Positions 17,573-27,103 of a stretch of DNA of 64,000 nucleotides are shown here, in pieces. The stretch is taken from the NCBI GenBank assembly GCA_964194865.1, contig CAXMOC010000255.1, positions 3,090 through 67,089 of the forward strand, written 5' to 3'. The DNA comes from an uncultured Opitutales bacterium (GTDB lineage: Bacteria > Myxococcota_A > UBA9160 > SMWR01). The translations under genes were made by a program, and so were the position numbers. The notes beneath the pieces are model-generated. The model was given only the letters and a program-made list of their open reading frames with translations, ran no database searches and had not been told where the DNA came from. Within the stretch, counting starts at the first letter, position 1; each line of letters starts with the position of its first letter.

Positions 17573-18049
17573 TCATGGGAAATAGACGTAGGTGACGTGG
17601 GCGTGACAGGCCGGCTTGGTTGCACCATCTGTCTCGAACCGAATGAAGAAGGTCGCCCGTACACCCCCTCGCGGCACGTTCCGGGCTCCCATCAGCTTCG
17701 CCGACATCCGCACCCGGGAGCCCGAGAGCACCGGGGTGGAGAGCCGCAGCTTCTCGATCCCGGTATTGATGACGCTGCCGCATTTCTCGACGATGACGAG
17801 CTCTGCGAGGAGTACCGGCGCCAACGAGATCGTGAGGTAGCCGTGCGCGATGGTGGTCTCGAAGGGCGATTCACGACGCGCTCGCTCGACGTCGCAGTGA
17901 ATCCACTGCCGGTCTCCCGTCGCTTCCGCGAAGGTGTCGATTCTCTCCTGGGTGATCGCGACCCAATCGCTCTTTCCGAGCTCTTGGCCCACGAAATCCT
18001 TGATCTGCTTCACGCCCGGAATGAGGGTGGGATTCGGCACGCTCATCAC
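17573..18049 (-). CDS. MaoC-like (R)-specific enoyl-CoA hydratase/dehydratase (hot-dog fold)
   Basis: FAEATGDRQWIHCDVERA...TIAHGYLTISL is the typical MaoC dehydratase signature. 158 aa. Confidence 0.8.
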   Translation of the reverse strand: MMSVPNPTLIPGVKQIKDFVGQELGKSDWVAITQERIDTFAEATGDRQWIHCDVERARRESPFETTIAHGYLTISLAPVLLAELVIVEKCGSVINTGIEKLRLSTPVLSGSRVRMSAKLMGARNVPRGGVRATFFIRFETDGATKPACHAHVTYVYFP

Positions 18050-18280
18050 CCCAGAACCGGGCAGCGGCGCGATAGCTTGGGTCGGGCGCTCGTGCGCGAT
18101 GTGAGGAACGGAGCCGCCAAGCCCATTGGCTGGACCGGCGAACGGCGATTCAGCCCTAGCCAGCTGTGATGCTGCCTATCCATCGTCCTCGCACTTCTCG
18201 AGGCAACGCTAGCGAGCATGGCTGGCTCTGGACAGGAGGTCCGCCGCCATTTGCCGGGACGCCGTCTGCGACGGACGCCG

Positions 18281-18286
18281 TATAAT
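18281..18286 (+). promoter_or_regulatory. candidate -10 box (TATAAT) for the downstream aldo/keto reductase operon
   Basis: A perfect TATAAT in an otherwise GC-rich gap, 48 nt upstream of the GTG at 18334, which has SD TAGGAGG. I could not identify a convincing -35 element at canonical spacing. Confidence 0.3.
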
Positions 18287-18333
18287 CGGGGCCGAATCGC
18301 ACCCCGGAGCTGCCACTCCGCGTAGGAGGCACC

Positions 18334-19899
18334 GTGACTGGTCGAACCCGTTTTCTCGTGATTACCGCCATCGCTTTGGTCGTCGGATACTTCGCGGCGG
18401 GGGAATTCCTGTACCGGATGGCGATTGGGCTGGATCCCAGCGGATTTCCGTTGGGTGGGGCGGTTCAACGGATCGCCCTGTCGATCGACCCCAGTCTGAC
18501 GGTGACGGCGGCCGGCATGGTCTGGGGGATCGCCTCGATCCTGGCGGTTTTCGGCGTTGGTTTCTGGCTGACCCGCGGGCGCGTGCGGCGCCGGGTCGCG
18601 GAGACGGACCCCGGTCGACGCAGCTTCCTCACCGGCGCGGCGATGGGGTCGCTGGGGGGTCTCGCCGCTGCTCTGCTCTCCAGCGTGGCTGCAGGACTGC
18701 ACGCTTTCCTGGGCGTCGGTCGTGGCGGCGGCGGGTGGAGTCCGGTTCTTCAGGGCGTGGTCGCCGCGGACGTGGTCAAGACCCACCCCGATTGGAATGC
18801 GGAATGGAACGGCAGTCGCATCGCGTCTCATAGGCGCTTCGGGCGAACCGGCTGGAACGTCTCCGACATCGTGCTCGGCACAGGTCAAATCAAGCACGGA
18901 GACAACGGCGAGCGAATCGCGCGCCTCGCGATCGATCGCGGCATCAACTACTTCGATACCTCTCCGGATTACTCTGGAGCCGGCAGCGAGATATTGATGG
19001 GCCAGGCGATCCGGGGCGTTCGCGATCAGCTCTTCATCGCGACGAAGTTCTGCACCCCGACCGGCCATCTGCCCACGGGAACTTCCGTAGCCCACTACAT
19101 CGAAGCTGTCGAAGCTAGCCTCGGGCGACTCGGCACGGACTACGTGGACCTCTGTCACGTTCATTCGGTCGACAGCGTCGACCGAATGATGGACGAAAAC
19201 GTTCACGAGGCCTTCGATCGGTTGAAGCAACAGGGCAAGGTCCGCTTCATGGGCTTCTCGACGCACACTCCGAATCTCGTCGAGGTGGTCGAGGCTGGCA
19301 TCGAGTCGGGCCGCTTCGATGTGATGATGGTTGCCTACCATCACGGCATCTGGCCGGTTCTTCCCGAGCTGATTCGGCGCGCCCGTCAGGAGCAGGACAT
19401 GGGTGTCGTCGCGATGAAGACCCTCAAGGGCGCCAAGCATCACGGGCTCGCGGGGTTCCGCGATCAGGCGGACGTCTACTCGCAAGCGGCACTGCGCTGG
19501 ACGCTTTCGAACCCCGATATTTCGTGTGCGGTGATCTCGTTCTTCGAGCTTCAACACGTCGACGAGTACCTCGCTGCGTCGGGTAAGAGCCTGACGGCGG
19601 CGGACCTGTCGATCCTTCAGAGCTACGACGCCCAGATCGCGGGCACCTACTGCGCACCACATTGTGGAGCCTGTCTCGATTCCTGTCCCGAGGGCTTGCC
19701 GATCAACGATGTACTCAGGCACCGGATGTACTTCGAGGACTATGGGCGGGAGCAGGAGGCCATGCGCCTCTACGCAAACCTCGACGTGCAGGCGTCGGTC
19801 TGCGCAAGTTGTTCGGCGCCCTGCCAGGGAAGCTGCCCGCTGGGCATCTCGATTCGGGAGCGCAGCCTCGAGACCCACGAGCTGCTCATGCCGTCGTGA
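18334..19899 (+). CDS. aldo/keto reductase with C-terminal Fe-S cysteine clusters and an internal twin-arginine motif
   Basis: AKR core: GINYFDTSPDYSGAGSE, LFIATKF, MGFSTH. C-terminal clusters CAPHCGACLDSCP and CASCSAPCQGSCP. Residues ~84-120 read VRRRVAETDPGRRSFLTGAAMGSLGGLAAALL (Tat-like), so the in-frame GTG at 18583 is an alternative start. Confidence 0.8.
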   Translation: MTGRTRFLVITAIALVVGYFAAGEFLYRMAIGLDPSGFPLGGAVQRIALSIDPSLTVTAAGMVWGIASILAVFGVGFWLTRGRVRRRVAETDPGRRSFLTGAAMGSLGGLAAALLSSVAAGLHAFLGVGRGGGGWSPVLQGVVAADVVKTHPDWNAEWNGSRIASHRRFGRTGWNVSDIVLGTGQIKHGDNGERIARLAIDRGINYFDTSPDYSGAGSEILMGQAIRGVRDQLFIATKFCTPTGHLPTGTSVAHYIEAVEASLGRLGTDYVDLCHVHSVDSVDRMMDENVHEAFDRLKQQGKVRFMGFSTHTPNLVEVVEAGIESGRFDVMMVAYHHGIWPVLPELIRRARQEQDMGVVAMKTLKGAKHHGLAGFRDQADVYSQAALRWTLSNPDISCAVISFFELQHVDEYLAASGKSLTAADLSILQSYDAQIAGTYCAPHCGACLDSCPEGLPINDVLRHRMYFEDYGREQEAMRLYANLDVQASVCASCSAPCQGSCPLGISIRERSLETHELLMPS

Positions 19900-21473
19900 G
19901 ACCGCCGCAGTTGCGACGCGTTTTCGTCGGCCGGAATGCCGCCGTGTGGTTCGCGATTGCAGTGTGCTGCACCCATGGCGTTGCGGCCGAGCCGGCCGAC
20001 TCGTCGGCTTCGGACTCCGAGAGCGCCGGGGCGCTGCCCGAGTCTCTCGCCACTCCCACCCTCGGGTCCGGTGGGCCGTGGGATCTGCCCGCACCGGGCT
20101 CCTGTCGCCCCCAGAGAGGTCTGCGGGGATGGCCGCTGGGAAGTGACGCACCGCCGATTCCTTTTCGCTCGGGCGACACCATCGCACTCGAGCAGTTGGA
20201 GGCGCTCCACGACTTCATTCCGGCGGCCCTCTGGGAGCAGCGTGAAAAGTTGTTCTTCGAAGGAATGCGCCTGCAGATCGGTGGCTGCTTCGCGGACTAT
20301 TCCCCTCCTGACTTCTATCTGGCCGCTTCACAGAAGTTCGCGGGAACGGCTCGGCTTGCGGAGGACGGGGGGCTCGAAGGCTACACCGCTGGCCAGCCCT
20401 TCGTCCCCGGCCAGATCGCTGCCGACGATCCGGACGCCGGTCTGAAGTGGGCTTGGAATTTCGAGCAGCGCTACCAGGCCGCGGGGTTCCAGGGAGACTT
20501 CCGCACCACCGACATGCTGGGCAGGATGTTGCGCGCAGAGCCGTTTATCGGCGAAATCTTCAAGCTTCAACTCAGCTATCGCTCTGATCGCACGGAGGAC
20601 GGCTTCACGGCGCCTGGCTCGAAAGAGAATCATTGGGTGTCTGGCGGCTCGATGAAGGAGCCCTTCGATGCGCGCCACTACGCCTGGCGCCAGTACCGGG
20701 ATGTCGAACATCTGGTGAGCCCCGATCGCAGCGACGATATCCACGCCTATGACCCCGGCCTCCGAAGAGTTCGGCGGGTTTCGGGTGCGGGGGTCGAGGG
20801 GCTCTACATGCCGGCCTTCAACCTCGGCGCCGTCAACCCCACTGCGATTGCCGCGGGAGTTGGCGGCGGGCTCGGCGGGGTAGGCGGCGGAGCCGCCGCC
20901 ATCAGCGGAGGCAGCGCCACGATCGTGACCAAACGCAGCGGGTTCGAGGGGCTCGAACTCCGGCCGCTGCTCTATGAATTCAACGTGCTCGGGATCCAGG
21001 ACGTGCTGGCTCCCATCAACTCCAACGTCGCCTCGTATCCGGAAGACCCAGAGCGCGACTTCGGACCCTGGGGCCTATCCTACGCCAGCGACACCTGGGA
21101 TCTGCGACGAGCGATCGTGCTCGAGGGACGCTCGAAGCGCGGCGTGGGGGGGGATCGGGCTGCCCGCCTGGTTCTCTATCTCGATCTCCAGACGCTCTAT
21201 CCGCTCTATTACATGTCGTGGGATTCGAAGGACGAGCCGATCGATGTCGGCAGCTTCATCGGCCGCTGGAGCGAAGCGCGCGAGGGCTACCCGCCCTGGC
21301 CCGATGACGCGACTCGATCCGTCCGGGTGATCGACCCGGTTGGAGCGGCCTTCACGAACCTGCGGGAGGGCGGCGGCTGGCGACGTGAGTCCTGGACGAT
21401 CGTCTCGATTCCTCCCAGCGACCGCCAGGTCAAGCGGCTGTTGTCTGTGAGGAATCTGACAAACCAGCGCTAG
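19896..21473 (+). CDS. DUF1329-like (LolA-fold-related) periplasmic protein
   Basis: The GTG at 19896 overlaps the upstream stop (GTGA). Signal-like AAVWFAIAVCCTHGVAA. Core YTAGQPFVPG...GLKWAWNFEQRYQAAGF resembles the DUF1329 PFP...WN..RY signature, recalled from memory. A Gly-rich insert lies at AAGVGGGLGGVGGGAAAISGG. Confidence 0.55.
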   Translation: MRPPQLRRVFVGRNAAVWFAIAVCCTHGVAAEPADSSASDSESAGALPESLATPTLGSGGPWDLPAPGSCRPQRGLRGWPLGSDAPPIPFRSGDTIALEQLEALHDFIPAALWEQREKLFFEGMRLQIGGCFADYSPPDFYLAASQKFAGTARLAEDGGLEGYTAGQPFVPGQIAADDPDAGLKWAWNFEQRYQAAGFQGDFRTTDMLGRMLRAEPFIGEIFKLQLSYRSDRTEDGFTAPGSKENHWVSGGSMKEPFDARHYAWRQYRDVEHLVSPDRSDDIHAYDPGLRRVRRVSGAGVEGLYMPAFNLGAVNPTAIAAGVGGGLGGVGGGAAAISGGSATIVTKRSGFEGLELRPLLYEFNVLGIQDVLAPINSNVASYPEDPERDFGPWGLSYASDTWDLRRAIVLEGRSKRGVGGDRAARLVLYLDLQTLYPLYYMSWDSKDEPIDVGSFIGRWSEAREGYPPWPDDATRSVRVIDPVGAAFTNLREGGGWRRESWTIVSIPPSDRQVKRLLSVRNLTNQR

Positions 21474-21524
21474 CCAACGGAATCATGCGTGGAGATTTCG
21501 GGACGGGCGGAGAGGCTGACTGGT

Positions 21525-22970
21525 TCAGCCGGGTCCGTGGATGGATTTGACGAAGGCGTCGCGCAGCGCCGAGCGGATCTGGTCGCGCGAGGCCCCGCCG
21601 TAGATCTTGCGAAACGACTTCAGCGGGATGATTCCCTTGGCCATCGAGCGGTGCCCCCCGCCGACGCCGAGGCCCTCGACGACGTCGCGAACGACGTCAC
21701 CGGCGGCCCGCACGTATCCCACGTTGCGCACCGAAAAGACCAGGTCGGAGCCGACCACACCCGCCGCGATCGCCCACTCGGCTCCCTCGGCCTGTAACCC
21801 GAGATCCGCGACCTGGGGGATCACCTCCTCGCCGACGCGCCCCAGCACCAACAAGTGGATACCGTCTTTGACCTCAGTGGTGGAGAGCGCGCGCCCGAGA
21901 GCGCGCAGCCCATCGGTCGGCAGCGCCGGCCGTTCGATGCGGCGCAGCAGCGCGGGACTGTGACACGAATGCAGGTAGGCGAACGCAGCCATGTCTTCGC
22001 GGCTGGTCTCACGCCCCAGAAGCTGGGTGTCGCTCTTGATGCCGTAGACCAACGCAGTGGCCAGCCGCGAAAATAGCTCGAGGCCCGCAGCCCGAATGTA
22101 CTCGGTCAGGATCGTGGCAGTAGCCCCGTAGCTTGGACGAATGTCGCGAAATACGGCGTCGTAGCCCGGGCGTTCGGGGTGGTGATCGATGACGACGTCC
22201 ACCGAGCGCACCCGCGCGGGCATGTTCTCTCCGAACACGGAAGGCTGCACGTCCAACAGCGCCAGGCCGTCGAACTCATCGAGCTCCTCCGGCGTGACCG
22301 TGCGTACGTCGATCCCCAGCGCTTCGATCATCGCGATGTTTTCCGGGCGCTTGACGGCGCCGAACGAAATGAGGGGAGCCGTAGGACGCTTGCGACCCAG
22401 CAGGGCGCGAAGCGCGTAGCCGCAGGCGATGCCGTCGGGATCGGGATCGGGCTGCAGCAGAATGCCCAGCTTCTCGCGGGAGTCGACGAGGTCGCGCAGC
22501 TCGACGACCCGATGCAGGTTGGTCAAGTGGGCGAATTCCTCGTCGATGTCGTCTCGAATCAAGGAGCGCAATCCAGCGCGCAACAGACAGGGGTGTTCCG
22601 GTAGATCGTCGGAGTCCACCTTGTCCGACAGCAGCAAGAGAGGCGCCTCTGGACGGGCCTTCGAGATTGCCGACACCGCAGCTCGAACGAAGGGAAGATC
22701 CTCGCTGACCAGCGCGAACTCGTCGCCCACCTTGGGGCTGAGCTTCTCGATCGCCTCGACGGTGAGCCCACCCGATAGCGAATGGAAGCCGGGCGGACGG
22801 GCGCGCGGCTCGTCCTCGCGGGGCACCCAGGTGAGAACCTCGGTTTCGCCGCCGCCAATGCGGCTCCACAGACGGGCGAGCTCAGCTCCGTCACAGAGAA
22901 TGATGCGGCGCGCCACTATTCCCCCATCCAAGAAGGCCGACCGCTCAGGAGGGCCGGGCTCTCGGCCCAA
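21525..22970 (-). CDS. DHH/DHHA1-family phosphoesterase (NrnA-like) with N-terminal extension
   Basis: DPDPDGIACG, VVIDHHPE (DHH motif), YGIKSDT, DHHA1 GGGHRSMAKG. The start is uncertain. Confidence 0.8.
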   Translation of the reverse strand: MGREPGPPERSAFLDGGIVARRIILCDGAELARLWSRIGGGETEVLTWVPREDEPRARPPGFHSLSGGLTVEAIEKLSPKVGDEFALVSEDLPFVRAAVSAISKARPEAPLLLLSDKVDSDDLPEHPCLLRAGLRSLIRDDIDEEFAHLTNLHRVVELRDLVDSREKLGILLQPDPDPDGIACGYALRALLGRKRPTAPLISFGAVKRPENIAMIEALGIDVRTVTPEELDEFDGLALLDVQPSVFGENMPARVRSVDVVIDHHPERPGYDAVFRDIRPSYGATATILTEYIRAAGLELFSRLATALVYGIKSDTQLLGRETSREDMAAFAYLHSCHSPALLRRIERPALPTDGLRALGRALSTTEVKDGIHLLVLGRVGEEVIPQVADLGLQAEGAEWAIAAGVVGSDLVFSVRNVGYVRAAGDVVRDVVEGLGVGGGHRSMAKGIIPLKSFRKIYGGASRDQIRSALRDAFVKSIHGPG

Positions 22971-23721
22971 CCCTCTGGTAGTTCCCGAGCCGGGAAGCTT
23001 CTCGCGACCAGGCTTGCTCGTGATACTGCTTTCAAAAAGGCCAGCGGGAATCTGCCCCCGGACTCCGCGCTACCACTGTCTGGCCCGGAGCGGCGCGGAT
23101 TGTAGCGACGATCGCGGCAGCGTGGCGGTCCCGCGGGGGTGCCGGACCCGAGCGGAAAACGGCTCGATCCATTGGTGGGAAACCGGATTGATCCATTCCG
23201 AATCGAGGCGTACTCTGAGGGGGTACGCATCAGCCGGTGGCTCGAGGAGGCCCGAGGTCTCGCTTCAGTCGACCGATTAATGGGCCATGCGGATTGCGTG
23301 CAAGACTGAGTGTCGGCGGGGGCGAGCGAACGGTTCGCAAGGCCGCAGTCAGATCAGGCGGGCGTTGCGGATCGCAGGCGCGGGAGGTCCTCCCGGACCC
23401 GGGAGCTTCCAACAAGCGCACGGAGCTCGAGGGCGGGAACTCGGGCGGCGGCCGCGGTGAGGCCCGATCCATTCGGATACCGCCGGTACACCGCGTCCAA
23501 CGCCAACCTGCCCGAAGGGCGTATAGGCGGCGATAGGATCGTTCGAAGCGCGTTCGCGCCATCGACCGGTCAGGTCCCGCGCGCCGCTCCGGCCAATCAA
23601 AGGGCCTGCCCCGTCGGAGGCCCGGGAGGCACCCGCGACCTCGGCTACGGCACCAAGGCACCGACCCAACGCTACAATGACGCCCCCGCGGCTTGCGCCG
23701 CGGCCCACTGGGAGCGGATTG

Positions 23722-23991
23722 ATGCCGCAGGTCGAGATTCCGCCGCCGTACCGCGGGCCCACCGCGGGCGAGGCCAGGATCGACGTCGAGGGAGCTACCG
23801 TCGGTGAGTGCTTGAAGGCCGTCGGTGACCGCTACGTCGGCTTCGCTGAGCAGATTTTCGACACCACCGGGCGCGTGCATCGCTTCGTTAGCCTTTTCGT
23901 CAACGGAGATGAAATCGATCGCAACGCCCTCGACACCCCTGTCGCCGACGGTGACGAGGTGAGGATTCTGGCCGCGATCGGCGGCGGCTAG
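23722..23991 (+). CDS. moaD: MoaD/ThiS-family ubiquitin-like sulfur carrier
   Basis: 89 aa ending ...DGDEVRILAAIGGG (C-terminal Gly-Gly) with beta-grasp length. The ATG at 23722 is preceded by GGAG. It lies immediately upstream of aor. Confidence 0.7.
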   Translation: MPQVEIPPPYRGPTAGEARIDVEGATVGECLKAVGDRYVGFAEQIFDTTGRVHRFVSLFVNGDEIDRNALDTPVADGDEVRILAAIGGG

Positions 23992-24052
23992 CCCCGCGCC
24001 AGCAGCATTTTCTCTGTTATTCTCCTCGATCTCATCATGGAGGTGCACCCAC

Positions 24053-25783
24053 ATGAGCGGACCCACCGGCGATCGCCTGATCCGAGTCGATATGACCCAG
24101 CTGAGCGCGACGACCGAGCCCTACCCGGACGAGTGGAAGCTGCTCGGTGGCCGGGCGTTGTCGGCAAAGATTCTGCTGACGGAATGCGATCCTGCGTGCG
24201 ACCCGCTCGGGTCGGAAAACGTGTTGGTCATGGCACCGGGCGTGATGTCGGGCACCGCGGCGCCCACCTCCGGCCGCATCTCGATCGGAGGCAAGAGCCC
24301 GCTGACCGGTGGGATCAAGGAAGCCAACGCCGGCGGGAATCCGGGTCAGGATCTGATGAAGCTCGGCTACCGCGTAATCATCGTGAAGGGCCAGCCTGCG
24401 GATCCGGAGAAGCGATACGCGCTCGACGTCACAGCGGAGGGCGCGACCGTCAAGGAAGCGCCCGACACCAAGGGCATGTGGAACTATGCGTTGATCGACC
24501 ACCTCGCCAAGAGTTACAGCCCGACGGTGTCGTTCATCTCGATTGGGCCCGCCGGCGAGCAGCTGCTCACCGGAGCCTCCGTAGCCTGCACGGATCAGGA
24601 GAAGGAGCGCCACCCCGCCCGGCACGCAGCCCGTGGTGGGCTCGGCGCAGTGATGGGAAGCAAGGGTCTCAAGTACGTCGCCATCGAGCCCGCCAAGACC
24701 AGGGCGCGCCAGGCCGCTGCCCGCAAGGAGTTTGCGGCGCGCAACAAGATGTATACGAAGGACTATCTCGAGGGTGGTCAGATCTTCAAGACGGGAACCA
24801 GCTCCGTCGTGCCCGTCGCCAACATGCTCCAGACCTTTCCTTACAAGAACCGAACCGAGGGCCAGTCCCCAGACGCCCAGACCCTCGACGGCGCCCGTAT
24901 CGTGGAGAGCTTCGAGGAGCGCGGTGGCGGCATGCACAACTGCATGACTGGCTGCATCGTCAAGTGCAGCAATGTTGTCCACGATGCCGACGGCAACTAC
25001 AAGACGTCCGCTCTCGAGTTCGAGACGCTTACGCTGCTGGGTGCCAACTGCGCGATTGCGAGCTGGGAGGACGTCGCTGACCTCGACCGACTCTGTGACG
25101 AAATCGGCGTCGATACGATCGAGACCGGCGCCGCGATCGCAGTCTATATGGATTCGGGCGGTATGGAATACGGCGATGCCGCGGGAGCGAAGCGCATCCT
25201 CGAGGAGATCGCTGAAGGTACCGAGCTGGGTAAGGCGATCGGCGACGGTGCCCTATCGATCGGCACCAAGCGCAAGCATCACCGTATCCCCGTGGTGAAG
25301 GGCCAGGCGATTCCCGCCTGGGATCCGAGACCCCTCAAGGCCACTGGTGTCACCTACGCGACGAGTCCGATGGGTGCCGATCACACGGCCGGGCTGATCG
25401 TGAACCCGGGCTTGCCGCCCGAGCAGTTCGCCCAGGCTTCCCAGGAGGTGCAGCTCATCAACGCGGTGTGTGATTCGTCGGGCTTCTGCCAGTTCCTACA
25501 GCCGACGCTCGACGATATTCGCGAGTACTACGGGATGCTCTACGGAGAGGAGGTCAGCCGAGAGCAGATCGCGGATCTCGGTTGGCAGTGCCTCCAGGAT
25601 GAGTGGGAGTTCAACCGCCGCGCCGGCTACACCGAGAAGGACGACGAGCTTCCGGATTGCATGAAGCAAGACCCGATCGGGCCCGCGAAGGTGGTCTTCG
25701 ACGTTCCCCGAGAAGTGGTCGCGGCTGCCTACGAGCGCTTCGATGCACGCGAGGAGCTCTTCACCGCCAAGGCGACGGGCTGA
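24053..25783 (+). CDS. aor: aldehyde:ferredoxin oxidoreductase (tungsto/molybdopterin AOR family)
   Basis: AOR N-domain: LIRVDM...LGGRALSAKILL, GKSPLTGGIKEANAGG. Cys cluster HNCMTGCIVKCS. C-terminal DSSGFCQF. SD GGAGGTG lies before the ATG. Confidence 0.9.
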   Translation: MSGPTGDRLIRVDMTQLSATTEPYPDEWKLLGGRALSAKILLTECDPACDPLGSENVLVMAPGVMSGTAAPTSGRISIGGKSPLTGGIKEANAGGNPGQDLMKLGYRVIIVKGQPADPEKRYALDVTAEGATVKEAPDTKGMWNYALIDHLAKSYSPTVSFISIGPAGEQLLTGASVACTDQEKERHPARHAARGGLGAVMGSKGLKYVAIEPAKTRARQAAARKEFAARNKMYTKDYLEGGQIFKTGTSSVVPVANMLQTFPYKNRTEGQSPDAQTLDGARIVESFEERGGGMHNCMTGCIVKCSNVVHDADGNYKTSALEFETLTLLGANCAIASWEDVADLDRLCDEIGVDTIETGAAIAVYMDSGGMEYGDAAGAKRILEEIAEGTELGKAIGDGALSIGTKRKHHRIPVVKGQAIPAWDPRPLKATGVTYATSPMGADHTAGLIVNPGLPPEQFAQASQEVQLINAVCDSSGFCQFLQPTLDDIREYYGMLYGEEVSREQIADLGWQCLQDEWEFNRRAGYTEKDDELPDCMKQDPIGPAKVVFDVPREVVAAAYERFDAREELFTAKATG

Positions 25784-25815
25784 CCGTCGCTCCAAGCGAA
25801 CTCGGCGGTTTCGGC

Positions 25816-25843
25816 GGGCAGGGAGACCGAGGTCTCCCTGCCC
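25816..25843 (+). terminator. strong hairpin between aor and moeA (intrinsic terminator or attenuator candidate)
   Basis: GGGCAGGGAGACC-GA-GGTCTCCCTGCCC is a perfect 13-bp stem, followed by GTTAAATTTCGG (moderately T-rich). It lies 16 nt before the moeA ATG. Confidence 0.5.
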
Positions 25844-25858
25844 GTTAAATTTCGGGGC

Positions 25859-27103
25859 ATGGGTATGCGTGACGTTCGCATGAAGGGTTTCGCCCAGCGG
25901 GCGGACGTAGAGGAAGTGGACGCCTTCCTGGGCGAGCACGCCCACGCGCTCGACGCCGAGCCGGTCGAGCTGCTGAAGTGTGCGGGACGCGTGCTCGCCG
26001 AAGATCTGTGCTCCGAAGTCGACGTTCCCGGCTTCGCACGCTCCGCCATGGACGGCTACGCGGTGAGGGGCGAGGACACTTTTGGCGCCGGTACCTACGA
26101 GCCCATCACATTGACACTCGAGGGAGAGGCGCTGCCCGGCCGGTCTTTCCCAGGGCGGGTCGAGTGCGGCACGGCCGTGCGGGTGATGACGGGCGCACCG
26201 CTTCCCGCTGGAGCCGACGCCGTCGTGATGGCCGAGGTCTGCGAAGAGCGCGACGGCAAGGTCGAGATCAGTGAAGCGGTCGCCCCGCAAAAGCACGTCG
26301 GAGCGGTCGGCGAGGACATTCGCTCTGGGGATCTGGTGCTTCGCGCCGGCCGGCGTCTGCGTGCTCAGGATGCGGGACTGCTCGCGTCGATCGGCGTCGC
26401 CAGCGTCCGTTGCATAAGACGCCCACGGGTCCAGCTGGTGATCACGGGAGACGAGCTTCTGCCTGCGGGGAGCCGACCCGAGGGCCCGAGCATCGTCGAC
26501 AGCAACTCGGTGGTGCTGCGCTCGCTGATCGCGCGCGACGGAGGCGAGGTGTTGCCCTTCGAGATCCTACAGGATCGTCCGGAGGTCATCCGGGACGCAC
26601 TGATCCGGCCAGGGGCCGATGTGGTTGTGGTATCGGGTGGTAGCTCAGTGGGCACCGAGGACCATGCGCCCCGGCTGGTCGCCGAGCTCGGCCAGCTCCA
26701 CTTCCACGGCATCTCCATGCGTCCCTCGAGCCCCACCGGTATCGGCCGGGTCGAAGGTCGACTGGTGTTCCTGTTGCCGGGCAATCCGGTCAGCTGCCTA
26801 TGCGCCTACGAGTTCTTCGCGGGGCCTCACCTGCGTGCACTCGGCGGGCGATTCCGGGGGTGGCCCCACCGCCGAGTCCGGCTGCCGCTGGCACGCAAGA
26901 TCAGCTCGGCGGTGGGTCGTACGGATTACGTGAGGGTTGCGATCGAAAACGAGCGGGTCGTGCCGATCGCGACCTCCGGGGCATCGATCCTGTCGTCGAC
27001 CGTGCGCGCTGCAGGCTGTGTGGTGGTGCCGCGGGAGCTTGAAGGAATGCCGGACGGCGCCGAGGTAGAGGTCCTGCTCTACGATGACGAGGGTGCTATT
27101 TGA
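25859..27103 (+). CDS. moeA: molybdopterin molybdo/tungstotransferase MoeA
   Basis: PGFARSAMDGYAVR, VRVMTGAPLP, VITGDEL, VVVSGGSSVGTEDH, LLPGNPVS. The stop overlaps the next start (TTGA at 27100-27103). Confidence 0.85.
   Translation: MGMRDVRMKGFAQRADVEEVDAFLGEHAHALDAEPVELLKCAGRVLAEDLCSEVDVPGFARSAMDGYAVRGEDTFGAGTYEPITLTLEGEALPGRSFPGRVECGTAVRVMTGAPLPAGADAVVMAEVCEERDGKVEISEAVAPQKHVGAVGEDIRSGDLVLRAGRRLRAQDAGLLASIGVASVRCIRRPRVQLVITGDELLPAGSRPEGPSIVDSNSVVLRSLIARDGGEVLPFEILQDRPEVIRDALIRPGADVVVVSGGSSVGTEDHAPRLVAELGQLHFHGISMRPSSPTGIGRVEGRLVFLLPGNPVSCLCAYEFFAGPHLRALGGRFRGWPHRRVRLPLARKISSAVGRTDYVRVAIENERVVPIATSGASILSSTVRAAGCVVVPRELEGMPDGAEVEVLLYDDEGAI

Noticed and set aside
18046-20187. 713-aa ORF on the minus strand. 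Similar long antisense ORFs include 4319-5479, 9779-11014, 28969-30255, 57786-59201 and 21525-region shadows.
   Set aside because: They run antisense to genes with clear family motifs. They are dominated by Arg/Pro/Gly/Ala with no recognisable domains and lack SD sequences. These are typical stop-codon-poor shadow frames in high-GC DNA.
22971-23721. Checked the large gap for RNase P RNA, tmRNA, SRP RNA, 6S RNA and tRNA.
   Set aside because: I could not find the universally conserved blocks on either strand. Those blocks are GAGGAAAGUCC and ACAGAAxxCGGCUUA for RNase P, a tRNA-like GGUUCGAxUCC...CCA 3' end for tmRNA, and the GGAAGCAGCC-type SRP domain IV. This was by eye only and is not a substitute for cmscan.
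23230-24066. 278-aa minus-strand ORF, plus the plus-strand ORFs 23237-23536 and 23310-23807, covering the large gap.
   Set aside because: They have Arg/Pro/Gly-rich composition, no motifs, and mutually overlapping frames. The region is treated as non-coding (see finding).
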